Assembly (NCBI GenBank): GCA_964016885.1 | Contig: OZ024763.1 | Coordinates: 9,858,001-9,922,000, forward strand | Reading direction: 5' to 3' | DNA from: Eledone cirrhosa | Taxonomy: Eukaryota | DNA: 64,000 nt | Shown here: in pieces, positions 25,266 to 40,062 of the stretch | Position numbering within the stretch: position 1 is the stretch's first letter | Layout of the letters: each line of letters starts with the position of its first letter | Program-made: the position numbers and the translations under genes | The notes under the pieces: model-generated | Databases searched by the model: none | Told to the model about the DNA's origin: nothing | Seen by the model: only the letters and a program-made list of their open reading frames with translations

Positions 25266-26003
25266 AACACATGAATTTCGTTTCTGTTCTAGCATCTCTA
25301 CAATTTCTCCTCTTCTCCCGTTCCTTGTGTTCACAATAATGGTGCCAATTCAGAATGTTGGGCATTTGGTATCAATGGTGGAGAGAGTGGATGTTTGCGT
25401 GGACAGGGGGGGGGGGGTATGCTTTCTATATCTGAATTAAGGATTCACATGGTCACCTGGAGTCACGGTTGTTCCATCATTTTAGATCATCCATTGTTGA
25501 CGATAAACAAAAATTCTTCAAGAAGAATTAGAAAAGATAATAGCAGTAATAGCAGCAGTTATTGCCGTGGGTAATGGATGAAGAGATATTGGTGTTGCTG
25601 TGGTTTGATTGGTCAATAAGTGTTACGTGGTGTATTGAGTGGTGGGGTGGGGAATGGTAAGATAAGTGATTGAATTGAGTGACTATTGTATGATGGATAT
25701 ACATAAATTTATGCAAAATGTTGTTGTAGAGGATAAAGTTTGGAAAACTAAAATTATTGGTTCCACGTCACCATGAATGATTCAGAGAATGGTTTTACAT
25801 ACGTCCATTATGATAATCTAACAAGAAAGAAGTGAGTGGAATGTACTGATTCAACAGGGTATGGAGGTAAGTAGAGGAGGGAGAGAGAGAGAGTGAGAGA
25901 GAGAGAGAGAGAGGGAGAGGGTGTGTGAGAGAGAGAGATAGAGAGAGATAGTGTGGTGGCCGAATTGAGTGATTATTCTATATATATTTCATTCTATTGT
26001 CAG

Positions 26004-26084
26004 GCTACAAACCAGGACTATGAAGACCTACCAGAGTCAACATCAACTGGAAGCACTGTCACCACATCTAAATCTCTCCTATGA
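26004..26084 (+). CDS. ANO7: Probable terminal anoctamin exon, ATNQDYEDLPESTSTGSTVTTSKSLL*
   Basis: attgtcag acceptor, phase 0, ends in TGA; no homology support for this tail. Confidence 0.65.
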   Translation, partial: ATNQDYEDLPESTSTGSTVTTSKSLL

Positions 26085-26374
26085 ATGGCTCCACCTACAT
26101 CTCATCTTTTGCTACAAATGTTTATTTTCATAATGCAATATATATAAATATCTATGTATAGCTATTTCATATATCTTATTATAATATACTATATTATATT
26201 ATATTATATACATATATATAATATATATATAACATATATATACATATATATATTAGTATAAATAATATATCTATATATATAGTATATATATAAAATATAT
26301 ATATAATATATATAATATATGTATAATATATGTATAATATGATATATATATTATATATTATATATATGTATATA

Positions 26375-26422
<48 letters not shown>

Positions 26423-26469
26423 TAATACAATATATTAACAAATGGAAACTATATTTATAAAACCATATT

Positions 26470-26534
26470 TATTTTATTATACATATTTCAAGGACACCAA
26501 AGCAAATTATGGTGCGCTTTCATCAGATAAAATA
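26470..26534 (-). ncRNA. Type I hammerhead ribozyme (left arm of inverted repeat)
   Basis: on the minus strand TATTTTAT-CTGATGA-stem II-GAAA-TATGTA-TA-ATAAAATA. Confidence 0.72.
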
Positions 26535-27037
26535 TAATCTAGATCAGTTTTATAAACAAATATTGACATGCCCTTCAAGAATGCAACCATGTCAGTTGGA
26601 AGCTCCCGGATAGTGGGGTTACTAATTTTATTATTGGTCTATTATGCAAATTAGTGTCGGAAAGGTTTAAATCCCATACATTTAAATTAAGCTGTTGGAA
26701 TAGGGAAAAAAGAAAAGGAAAAAGAAAGAACGAAAGAAAAACAAAAGAAAAGAAAGAGAAAGAGAGAAAACCCCTAAGTAAGAGAGTGTTGTATTAACTT
26801 AATTTTATGAGATGATGAAGCGAAAAGATAAATATATATTGGATGAATTACGCGAAGTAATTTTTTCCCTATTCCAACAGCTTAATTTAAATGTATGGGA
26901 TTTAAACCTTTCCGACACTAATTTGCATAATAGACCAATAACAAAATTAGTAACCCCACTATCCAGGAGCTTCCAACCGACATGGTTGCATTCTTTAAGG
27001 GTATGTCAATATTTGTTTATAAAACTGATCTATATTA

Positions 27038-27102
27038 TATTTTATCTGATGAAAGCGCACCATAATTTGCTTTGGTGTCCTTGAAATATGCATAATGAAA
27101 TA
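27038..27102 (+). ncRNA. Type I hammerhead ribozyme (right arm of inverted repeat)
   Basis: TATTTTAT-CTGATGA-AAGCGCACCA/TGGTGTCCTT-GAAA-TATGCA-TA-ATGAAATA. Confidence 0.72.
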
Positions 27103-27229
27103 AATATGGTTTTATAAATATAGTTTCCATTTATTAATATATTGTATTTTTACTCCAAAAATTTGTTGAGTGCTTTATATCACATATTTGCTTGTTGTAT
27201 CCCAACAAATTAAATATAACTTCTACATA

Positions 27230-28200
<971 letters not shown>

Positions 28201-28230
28201 AGTTATGTAATAAACAACATAAGGCAATTA

Positions 28231-28290
28231 TTCCATTTACCAGTGGTTTCTTAAAAGCAAAAAATTTTGCTTTCAATCATCAGAACGAAA
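28231..28290 (-). ncRNA. Type I hammerhead ribozyme (left arm of palindrome)
   Basis: exact reverse complement of 28304-28363. Confidence 0.68.
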
Positions 28291-28303
28291 AAATCCTGGA
28301 TTT

Positions 28304-28363
28304 TTTCGTTCTGATGATTGAAAGCAAAATTTTTTGCTTTTAAGAAACCACTGGTAAATGGAA
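28304..28363 (+). ncRNA. Type I hammerhead ribozyme (right arm of palindrome)
   Basis: TTTCGTT-CTGATGA-TTGAAAGCAAA/TTTGCTTTTAA-GAAA-CCACTGG-TA-AATGGAA; GUA site; atypical U-A stem II closure. Confidence 0.68.
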
Positions 28364-28871
28364 TAATTGCCTTATGTTGTTTATTACATAACTATTAAGA
28401 TCTGTTACCTACATAGAGCACTCTTTTTTCCTGGACTTTTCCGACGGAATTACTTCATTCATACATATATATATAACATACATAATACATATATATATAA
28501 CATACATAATACATATATATATAACATACATAATACATATATATATAACATATATAATATATATATATATATATATACTATATACATATATTATATATGT
28601 TATATATATATATATATATGTTTGATATGTCACTGGCAGGAAAAACACATGTCCTAATGCCTATCTGTACCAGCGACATTTCAAACATAAATATATATAT
28701 ATATATAATCTTTTTATTGCTCAAATTTTACTTTTTATTAATATTTTAAAGAAATCATTATTCCTATAAAGAAATGTATTATTATTGTTGTTGTTATTGT
28801 TGTTGTTGTTGTTGTTATTTGGCCTTAGTGACCAATAGAAAATGATAATTACTATCATTAATAAGAATGCG

Positions 28872-30060
28872 GATTGGCAGTATTGGTAGAGGGTCGGACG
28901 CCATGCTAGGGTGGTAGATTGGCAGTATCGGTAGAGGGTCGGACACCATGCTACGGGGGTAGATTGGCAGTATCGGTAGAGGGTCAGATGCCATGCTAGG
29001 GTGGTAGATTGGCAGTATCGGTAGAGGGTTGGACACCATGCTAGGGTGGTAGATTGGCAGTATCGGTAGAGGGTCGGACGCCATGCTAGGATGGTAGATT
29101 GGCAGTATCGGTAGAGGGTCGGACGCCATGCTAGGGTGGTAGATTGGCAGTATCGGTAGAGGGTTGGACACCATGCTAGGGTGGTAGATTGGCAGTATTG
29201 GTAGAGGGTTGGACACCATGCTACGGGGGTAGATTGGCAGTATCGGTAGAGGGTCAGATGCCATGCTAGGGTGGTAGATTGGCAGTATCGGTAGAGGGTC
29301 GGACGCCATGCTAGGGTGGTAGATTGGCAGTATCGGTAGAGGGTCGGACGCCATGCTAGGGTGGTAGATTGGCAGTATCGGTAGAGGGTCGGACGCCATG
29401 CTAGGATGGTAGATTGGCAGTATTGGTAGAGGGTCGGACGCCATGCTAGGGTGGTAGATTGGCAGTATTGGTAGAGGGTCGGACGCCATGCTAGGGTGGT
29501 AGATTGGCAGTATTGGTAGAGGGTTGGACACCATGCTAGGGTGGTAGATTGGCAGTATCGGTAGAGGGTCGGACGCCATGCTAGGGTGGTAGATTGGCAG
29601 CATTGGTAGAGGGTTGGACACCATGCTAGGGTGGTAGATTGGCAGTATTGGTAGAGGGTTGGACGCCATGCTAGGGTGGTAGATTGGCAGTATTGGTAGA
29701 AGGTCGGACGCCATGCTAGGGTGGTAGATTGGCAGCATTGGTAGAGGGTCGGACACCATGCTAGCGGGGTAGATTGGCAGTATCGGTAGAGGGTCGGACG
29801 CTATGCTAGAGTGGTAGATTGGCAGTATCGGTAGAGGTCGGACGCCATGCTAGGGTGGTAGATTGGCAGTATTGGTAGAAGGTCGGACGCCATGCTAGGG
29901 TGGTAGATTGGCAGTATCAGTGGAGGGTCGGACACCATGCTTTGCAGCACAGTTAACCGCCGGGGTTAACTTTGCCTTTCATCCTTACGGGGTCAATAAA
30001 ATAAAGTACCAGTAATGTACTGCGATAATTGCTGGCCTTGTGCCAAAAGTAGAAACAATT
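28872..30060 (+). repeat. 45-bp minisatellite (about 24 copies) made of the SINE tRNA head, followed by one SINE body
   Basis: unit GATTGGCAGTATCGGTAGAGGGTCGGACGCCATGCTAGGGTGGTA; SINE body at 29940-30060. Confidence 0.92.
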
Positions 30061-30074
30061 AATAAGAATAATAA

Positions 30075-30865
30075 TGGTTTCATATTTAGGCAGAAGGCCA
30101 GGGAGAGGGGGCATCAATTAAATCAGCCCAGTGTATTACTGGTACTTTATTTTATCGACCCCGTAAGGATGAAAGGCAAAGCTAACCCTGGTGGGATTTG
30201 AACTCAGAACGTAAAGTACTTATGCGACCAATCCACTGCCATAATAAGAACAATCATCATCATCATCATTGTTTTACATCCAGGTTCCACGCTAGCAAAT
30301 AATAATAATACTAACAACAATGTTTTCTTTATTAGCCAGACAGGGTCAACGTTAATTAAACAATAGAAACAACACAGGATGATACACTGCCATTTCTATT
30401 GTTTACTTAATGTTGACCCTTTATTATTATTGGAAACTGGATGTTAAACAATGATGATGATGACTGTTCTTATTAGGGTGGTGGATTGATGGTATCGGTA
30501 GAGCTTCACGGCACAGAGTTATGGCCCGTTACGTTCTTAGTTCAAATCCTGCCAAGGTTAGCTTTGCCTTTCATCTATAAAATAAAGCACCAGTAATGTA
30601 CTGGGGTTGATTTAATCGACGACCCCTCCCCAAAAATATTGCTGGCCTTGTGCCTATAGTAGAAATCATTATTGTTATTATAATTGTTGTTGTTATATTG
30701 GCAGAATCGGTAGAGCACTGGAGCTTTGCTGTATTTGCTCCAGCCCTTAGCATTCTGTGTTTAAATCCTGCCGAGGTCAATAAAATAAAGTATCAGTAAA
30801 GTTCTGGCGTCAATGTAATTGATTTTCCTCTCTCCTCAAAATTGCAGGCCTTGTGCCTAAATAAA
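30075..30865. mobile_element. Cluster of three SINE copies (30075-30240 -, 30478-30670 +, 30697-30865 +)
   Basis: B boxes and CORE-like body. Confidence 0.75.
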
Positions 30866-31142
30866 AAAGCCATTGTTTTCTTCTTCTTCTCCTTCCTTTT
30901 CTTCTTCTCCTTGTTATTGTTGTTTTTCTGCTTCTTCTCCTCCCCCTCCCCCTCAAACCATTTCAGCCGGTCTGTTTATATATATACATGTGTGTATGTG
31001 TATGTGTGTGTGTATGTGTGTGTATATGTGTGTGTATATGTGTGTATGTGTGTGTGTGTGTGTGTGTATGTGTGTGTGTGTGTATGTGTGTATATGTGTG
31101 TGAATATATGTGTGTGTGTATGTGTGTGTATATGTGTGCATA

Positions 31143-31173
<31 letters not shown>

Positions 31174-31516
31174 GTGTGTGTATATGTGTGTATGTGTGTA
31201 TATATGTGTGTGTAGACAAATGCACAAACATTCTCACTTCTTTCACTTTCACACACACACACAGATACACATATATATGTATACACCAAGCTATGTATAT
31301 TAGGTAATTCAGTAGTAAAGTAGCAACATCAACTCTTTATTCTACAGCAGAGTGTAAACATTAAGAACGAGGTTTAACATAACAAGCTTTTATAGATGAG
31401 GTTCAATTACAAGTGGTTCACAGATGAGTGACTCACGGTCCATATTTCGGTTATAGACCAGACTCCAGTCCCAATCTCCTCATCAGACTTGTTAATCAAG
31501 AAAAACCAGAATCTCG

Positions 31517-31715
31517 ACTGAGGTCATCCTAACTAAGGTCATCTCATCTCCACTGAGGTCATCTCAACTGAGGTCATCCCATCTCAAGTGAGGTCATCTC
31601 AACTGAGGTCATCCCATCTCAACTGAGATCATCAAACTCAGGTCATCTCAACTGAGGTCATCTCAACAGAGGTCATCTCAACAGAGGTCATCTCAACTGA
31701 GGTCATCCCATCTCA
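31517..31715. repeat. 15-20-bp tandem repeat (ACTGAGGTCATCTCA)n
   Basis: direct inspection. Confidence 0.9.
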
Positions 31716-32149
31716 AATAGTGTATATATATATTGGTATAGACCAATCAACAAACACAGACATATTCACACACACATTCACGCACAACGATACACACTGC
31801 ATATATACACACACACACTAATGTGTGCATATGAACTGACACACACATCATAGAGTGTTGCAATGGTATGCAGATGAAAAGTTCTGTAGTGAGAGATGAC
31901 CAAAGCCAGGCTGCAGCAACATTAGCAACCACAGTAACAACAACAATCATAACAACTGACCTTTGGTCAAATACTGTTTATCTTTTTATTACCGTGTTGA
32001 CCAGACACAATCCAGACCTCGGGTCATAACACAAATATAGATCTTGAGCCACCCCTCAATGTGAAACCTTGTTTTGTTTTATATATATATACATATATAT
32101 ATATATACAATATATTAATAAATGGAAACTATGTTTATAAAACCATATT

Positions 32150-32214
32150 TATTTCAATATACATATTTCAAGGACACCAAAGCAAATTATGGTGCGCTTT
32201 CATCAGATAAAATA
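32150..32214 (-). ncRNA. Type I hammerhead ribozyme, same family as 26470
   Basis: near identical; one mismatch at the first stem I pair. Confidence 0.62.
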
Positions 32215-32282
32215 TAATATAGATCAGTTTTATAAACAAATATTGACATACCCTTAAAAGAATGCGACCATAATCTATATTA

Positions 32283-32347
32283 TATTTTATCTGATGAAAG
32301 CGCACCATAATTTGCTTTGGTGTCCTTGAAATATGTATAATGAAATA
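32283..32347 (+). ncRNA. Type I hammerhead ribozyme, same family as 27038
   Basis: near identical core and stems. Confidence 0.72.
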
Positions 32348-32476
32348 AATATGGTTTTATAAACATAGTTTCCATTTATTAATATATTGTATTTTTACTC
32401 CAAAAATTTGTTGAGTGCTTTATATCAGTTATAAAAATATTTGCTTGTTGTATCCCAACAAATTAAATATAACTTC

Positions 32477-34013
<1,537 letters not shown>

Positions 34014-34050
34014 ATATAAGATCAAAAGATGGTTAAAGGAGTTCAATATA

Positions 34051-34117
34051 TTTTATTATGCGCATTTCAAAAACAAACATCATCAAACAATAATATTTGT
34101 GTTTTCATCAGATAAAA
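34051..34117 (-). ncRNA. Type I hammerhead ribozyme (left arm of perfect palindrome)
   Basis: exact reverse complement of 34249-34315. Confidence 0.75.
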
Positions 34118-34248
34118 CAGGAGAACATGATATGAAGGCTAAAAAAAACACTTGTTGATAGTGCAGTTTTAAATCAACATATCATATGTTGATTTAAAAC
34201 TGCACTATCAACAAGTGTTTTTTTTAGCCTTCATATCATGTTCTCCTG

Positions 34249-34315
34249 TTTTATCTGATGAAAACACAAATATTATTGTTTGATGATGTTTGTTTTTGAA
34301 ATGCGCATAATAAAA
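34249..34315 (+). ncRNA. Type I hammerhead ribozyme (right arm of perfect palindrome)
   Basis: TTTTAT-CTGATGA-long stem II-GAAA-TGCGCA-TA-ATAAAA; palindromic stem III ATGCGCAT. Confidence 0.78.
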
Positions 34316-34444
34316 TATATTGAACTCCTTTAACCATCTTTTGATCTTATATTATGCATACTCCAGTCCCACAAACTGTAGAGTGCTTCTTATCCGATAT
34401 CTGCATTGCTTTATTGTACTACAATAAAACTCACCTCCTACATT

Positions 34445-35329
<885 letters not shown>

Positions 35330-35332
<3 letters not shown>

Positions 35333-35583
35333 CTTGACCGACCAGTCTGTCGAGCGCTGATCGGCGCCGTTGGTCACAGCATGTCGTGCTGTTTTAGCCA
35401 TAAGATAACGCCATCCCACTGGCTGGGCGGGCAGGCCGGTACTCATTTCTACAGCTGAGTAAACTGGAGCAACGTGAAATAAAGTGTCTTGCTCAAGGAA
35501 ACAACACATCACCCGGTCCGAGAAGTGAACTCACAACCTTTCGATTGCAAGCCCAATGCTGTAACTACTAAGCCATGCGCCTT

Positions 35584-35586
<3 letters not shown>
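35330..35586 (-). mobile_element. Second tRNA-derived SINE family
   Basis: minus-strand head GGCGCATGGCTTAGTAGTTA...GAGTTCACTTCTC, body CCTTGAGCAAGACACTT; relative at 59600-59866. Confidence 0.75.
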
Positions 35587-35641
<55 letters not shown>

Positions 35642-35779
35642 TATATATATACATATGCATATATATATATTAATATTTTGAATTAATATTAATAACTCCA
35701 GAAATGTTTTGAGTGCTTCTAATCTATTGTAAAACTATATTCATTGATTAATCAATGAACCTTGTTTAACTTTTGCTCA

Positions 35780-35810
<31 letters not shown>

Positions 35811-35882
35811 GCATATATATATATATATGTATATGCATATATATACATATATATATGCATATATATACATATATATATGCAT

Positions 35883-36817
35883 ATATTGGTTATTGTATTC
35901 TATCTTAGTTTACTAGTGTGTGTTTATATGTGTTTGTTGTTATTGTGCTTGTGTATGTATTTATTTATTTATTTATACTTTTCTTAGGTCAGTGTTGTTT
36001 GTTTGGGTGTTGTTATTCCATTAATTTTTTCTGTTTAGCCTTGGCCTTCTAAGTTCTATTTCACTGGCTTCTCTGATTTGCATATCTGCTGGGTCATTTC
36101 TATGTTTAGATATTATTCTAATTTCTATGTTGTCTATGTTACCGTACATAGACAACATAGAAATTAGAATAATATCTAAACATAGAAATGACCCAGCAGT
36201 TAGGCAAATCAGAGAGGCCAGTGAAATAGAACTTAGAAGGCCAAGGCTAAACAGAAAAAATGAATGGAATAACAACAACACCCAAACAAACAACACTGAC
36301 CTAAGAGAAGTATAAATAAATAAATAAATAGATAAATAAATAAATACATACACAAGCACAATAACAACAAACACATATAAACACACACTAGTAAAGATAG
36401 AATACATTAACCAATACACAGTCACCCAATCACGAACACACATCAAACAAAACACTATACACACACGCAAATGCATGCGCAAAGAAGACAAAAAAAAATA
36501 ATAAACAAATAAATAAATATATAAACAGACTAAATAAAGATGGCGTAGAAAATACAATGCAAAGGGAGGAAACAATAGCACCACTGACGATGTTGCATAT
36601 GTGCAACGAAAGAACTTTGATAAACTATATATATGTGTTTGTGTCTATATTGTATCTGTGTTTTTGACCGTTGGTCAGTCAATGGCAACATTGAGGACCG
36701 AATAAATTAAATTACCGATATAAAAGACACAAGCAAAAAGCGAAAACCAACCAAACAGTGAGTGTGTTCTGTTATTAATTCTGGCAATATTACACAAATA
36801 TGACCCTCCCCAAGTAT

Positions 36818-36830
<13 letters not shown>
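35883..36830 (+). mobile_element. Penelope-like element remnant: inverted duplication of the GIY-YIG C-terminus plus decayed hammerhead at 36584
   Basis: IRIISKHRNDPAVRQIREASEIELRRPRLN fits the PLE R.I.EA..I....P.LN motif; CTGACGA-T-GTTGCA/TGCAAC-GAAA downstream. Confidence 0.72.
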
Positions 36831-36853
<23 letters not shown>

Positions 36854-37834
36854 TAATAAAAACAATGAAATAAAAACAAAGAACAAGTTCCTTATATTAA
36901 AAAATTCATCATTTTACGATCGTTTCTGGGATGTATATATGTGTGTGTTGGTATGTATATCATATAGATCTATGTAAAAATATTACAAATTATCAGAAGA
37001 AATATACATACCTTCACATATATATATGCTGTCCTCAGAAATGATGAGATGTGTTTATTGAAAAAAACCAACAAAGATTTAATATAAAAGGTCTGTTTGG
37101 GAACAGGTTTTGAATTGACCAATAGAAAAGTAGTTAGAGGTCAAGTTGATAGAATAGCAGTAGTAGAAATTTAATTTAGGGGTAGAGGAGTGCAGATTTA
37201 TGTTTTGAATGAAAAGAATACTTTGGGTATGAAAAGAGGTCAAGTCAAGAAGATAGTGAAGGGTACACGAAAATTTGATGTTATTAAAGAATAATATTAA
37301 AAATGAAGGAAAATAAAATTTTAGGGTAAGGGTATTGGTGAGAAATACCAATCCTTTGGTTGGTTTTCGCTTCTGTGTCTTTTATATCGGTTAATTTAAT
37401 TTATTCGGTCCTCAATGTTACTATTGACTGACCAATATACATATAAGTTAAAACAAAAGACAAAAACAATAACGAAGAGTGCAGTTCAAAGTGTTAGTAT
37501 TAGGTTCACACTTGAGAATGCATGCATATATATATTCACATACTATACATTTATATAATCACATTCACACACACATGCATACACATATACATATATACAC
37601 ATGCACATACACACGTACACACACATACCTTTACACAAACATATATACACACAAACCCTAATTTATACTGGAGTGTTGGGGGAGTAGCACCCCCTCCCTT
37701 TATTTTCAGTAATTGTTGTGACTGTTGTTATTGTTATATATCTCACAATTATTTTTTCCTTTCAATTTCATTTCCAACCAATTATTGTACAATAAAAATG
37801 TTTTCGATATCATTGATACTGTTTTTGTTATTAT

Positions 37835-38900
37835 TATTGATGGTGAACAGATGTGGTCGGTGTTTGCTAGATACGTTTTTGCCCAGCCCGTCTCCTTGAC
37901 AGAGCTGCAGTCCTGCGTCAAGTGAACAATGAGAGGAAGCCCTTGGAGGACTGGAATGTCTTCAGGCGCTGACAGCCCTCGACCAGTTGGGTGCTACGAT
38001 CTAGAGGGTTAGTGGAAGGAAAGAGCAATGACATCCTCGGGGAGACTGTGGGCATCGATGAAAATCAACTAGCCAATCTCTTCGGGCAAACTTTTCAGGG
38101 GCCAGGAACAACTTCCAGAAATTCCTAGCCTAGCAGTGCTACCAGGTGGCTTTGCCAGTTCGGGATAAACTCTATAGGCATGGAGGTGCCATCAGTCGGG
38201 CTTGTCCGAGGTGCTCGCAGGACAATAAAACCATCCTGCATGCAATCATCAAGTGTCCGAGCATTGCTGCTGACTTGTGGGTTTATGTTGAACATCTGCT
38301 GTCACATCTAGGACAAATTCGGTTATCAACCGAGTCCATTGTGAAGATTGTCCAGTTGTCTTCTTTTAGTCCAGAAAGGCAGGTCGTTTTTATATGTCTT
38401 GTGGCCATGGTGAAAGAGGTTGTATGGTGGACACACATGAAAGGTTTGAAGACGAGCACTTTCCTCTTTGGAGAAGCCCTGAATAACTTCTTCAGATTCC
38501 ACTTGAGGAGGAAAATCAGGGGAGAGAGAGAAGTGTTACCTTCAAAGGAATATGTTGAAAGGTGGGTTAGAGGTGAGCATGACCTGAGTGAATGGGCCCA
38601 CTCTGAGTGTAAACCTGTAGATTGGAAAAATACAACTGGGACAGGGCACTTACCCTTAAGATCAGAGCATCCGTGGTTTTATGGGGGCGGGGGTTCCATG
38701 AGTAACCTTCAAACATCTTCTACCTATTGAGGAACTTTCTTTGTTTGAATTTTATTATCTTCTTTTTAACATTGTTAAAATTTGTTTACACGCAAAACTC
38801 ACACACACATACAGAGACACACACATACACACACACTATGTCTTCGTCCTGTAATGTCATAATGTTTTTCTTAACCCTTTGTGGTTAATAAAGAAATTAT
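37835..38900 (+). mobile_element. Tx1/L1-like LINE 3' fragment (zinc-binding region)
   Basis: ALPVRDKLYRHG...CPRC....TILHAIIKC. Confidence 0.7.
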
Positions 38901-39095
38901 TAGTATTGTTATTATCATTATTATTGGTTGAAGATGGACACTTTCCTCTTCAGTGAATCCCTGATTAACTTTTTCTTATACAAAGACATCCTTCCGGAGA
39001 GGGGCCACAGCCAATCAGAAGGAGAAAGGAACCGTCCTTCCTCCACAAGAACTGAAGTAAGTGGTCTTTCCCACCTTTTCTCACACTTTTTCCAC

Positions 39096-40062
39096 ATGGC
39101 CTTACTCAGAATAGGTAGCATAAATGCACATGGCCTGGAGTCATCATGGAAGCAGGGTCACCTGCTCAACGATCTCAGGTCAATGAACATAGATGTGGTA
39201 GCTATCAGAGAGACCAGAATATCCTAGGCACAAGCCTTTGCCCTCATTTTCAGAGGTTATAAGGTGTACACATTTGCAACTGGCTGAGATTGAGAGGCAG
39301 AGTCACTGTGTTGTTTCGGAAAGGCCTGGATCTCATAATACGGACCATCTTCCTGGAACCAGAGAGTAAGTCAGTGGTGCTGGACATGACCAGCAGTGAA
39401 AGTTATGCTTTCAGGCTAGTGGATGTTTATGCCCCGACAGGGACAGGATGGCCTGATTTCTTCAGACTTTCTTTAATGTAAGTGGGTGATTGGAACGGGA
39501 TCTTGGATGCATGCTGGGACTGTGTGGGACTAGTGGATAGGGGAGGAGGGTTTAAAAGCCTCACAAACCTGCTCAGATGTTTCTAGCTGTCTGACAGGTA
39601 CTGATTGGATTTCCTGAATGTTCCAATGTGGACATGGACAAACTGCATCAGGTCATCCAGATCGTACCTAGATAGGATATTTTATAAGTAGAGTTCTAGC
39701 ATAGGTTGACCACAATTTAAAGTAGTTGACTACACAGACCACAAATTTATGATCTGTGTGGTCGACTTAAATAGGCTTCATAGACAGGGACCTGGCTACT
39801 GGAAGCTAAACGTGACACTCATGGAACGCAGTGCCTACAGAGACCGTATTAGCAAATAAGTTAAGTGGACATTGACGGGGGCAGTCATCAACAACAAATG
39901 GTGGTTCGCCCTGGAAAGGGCGGTTAGAATAGAATCCATTAGGTTTAGTAAAGCGTTAGCAATGGAGAAAAATAGAGCAGAGGGATAATTACTAAGAAGA
40001 ATAGACGAGGCGCTTAGTAAAGGCATCGCGACCAATGTGCTTGCAGCGAGATTGGCCATCAA
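39096..40062 (+). mobile_element. Tx1/L1-like LINE endonuclease pseudogene fragment
   Basis: IGSINAHGL, IRETRI, VYAP, GDWNGILD, SYLDRI, TDHK, GPGYWKLN with stops. Confidence 0.78.

Noticed and set aside
20548-25334. Long repetitive ORFs (490, 410, 338 aa)
   Set aside because: Stop-free frames of minisatellites, antisense within anoctamin introns
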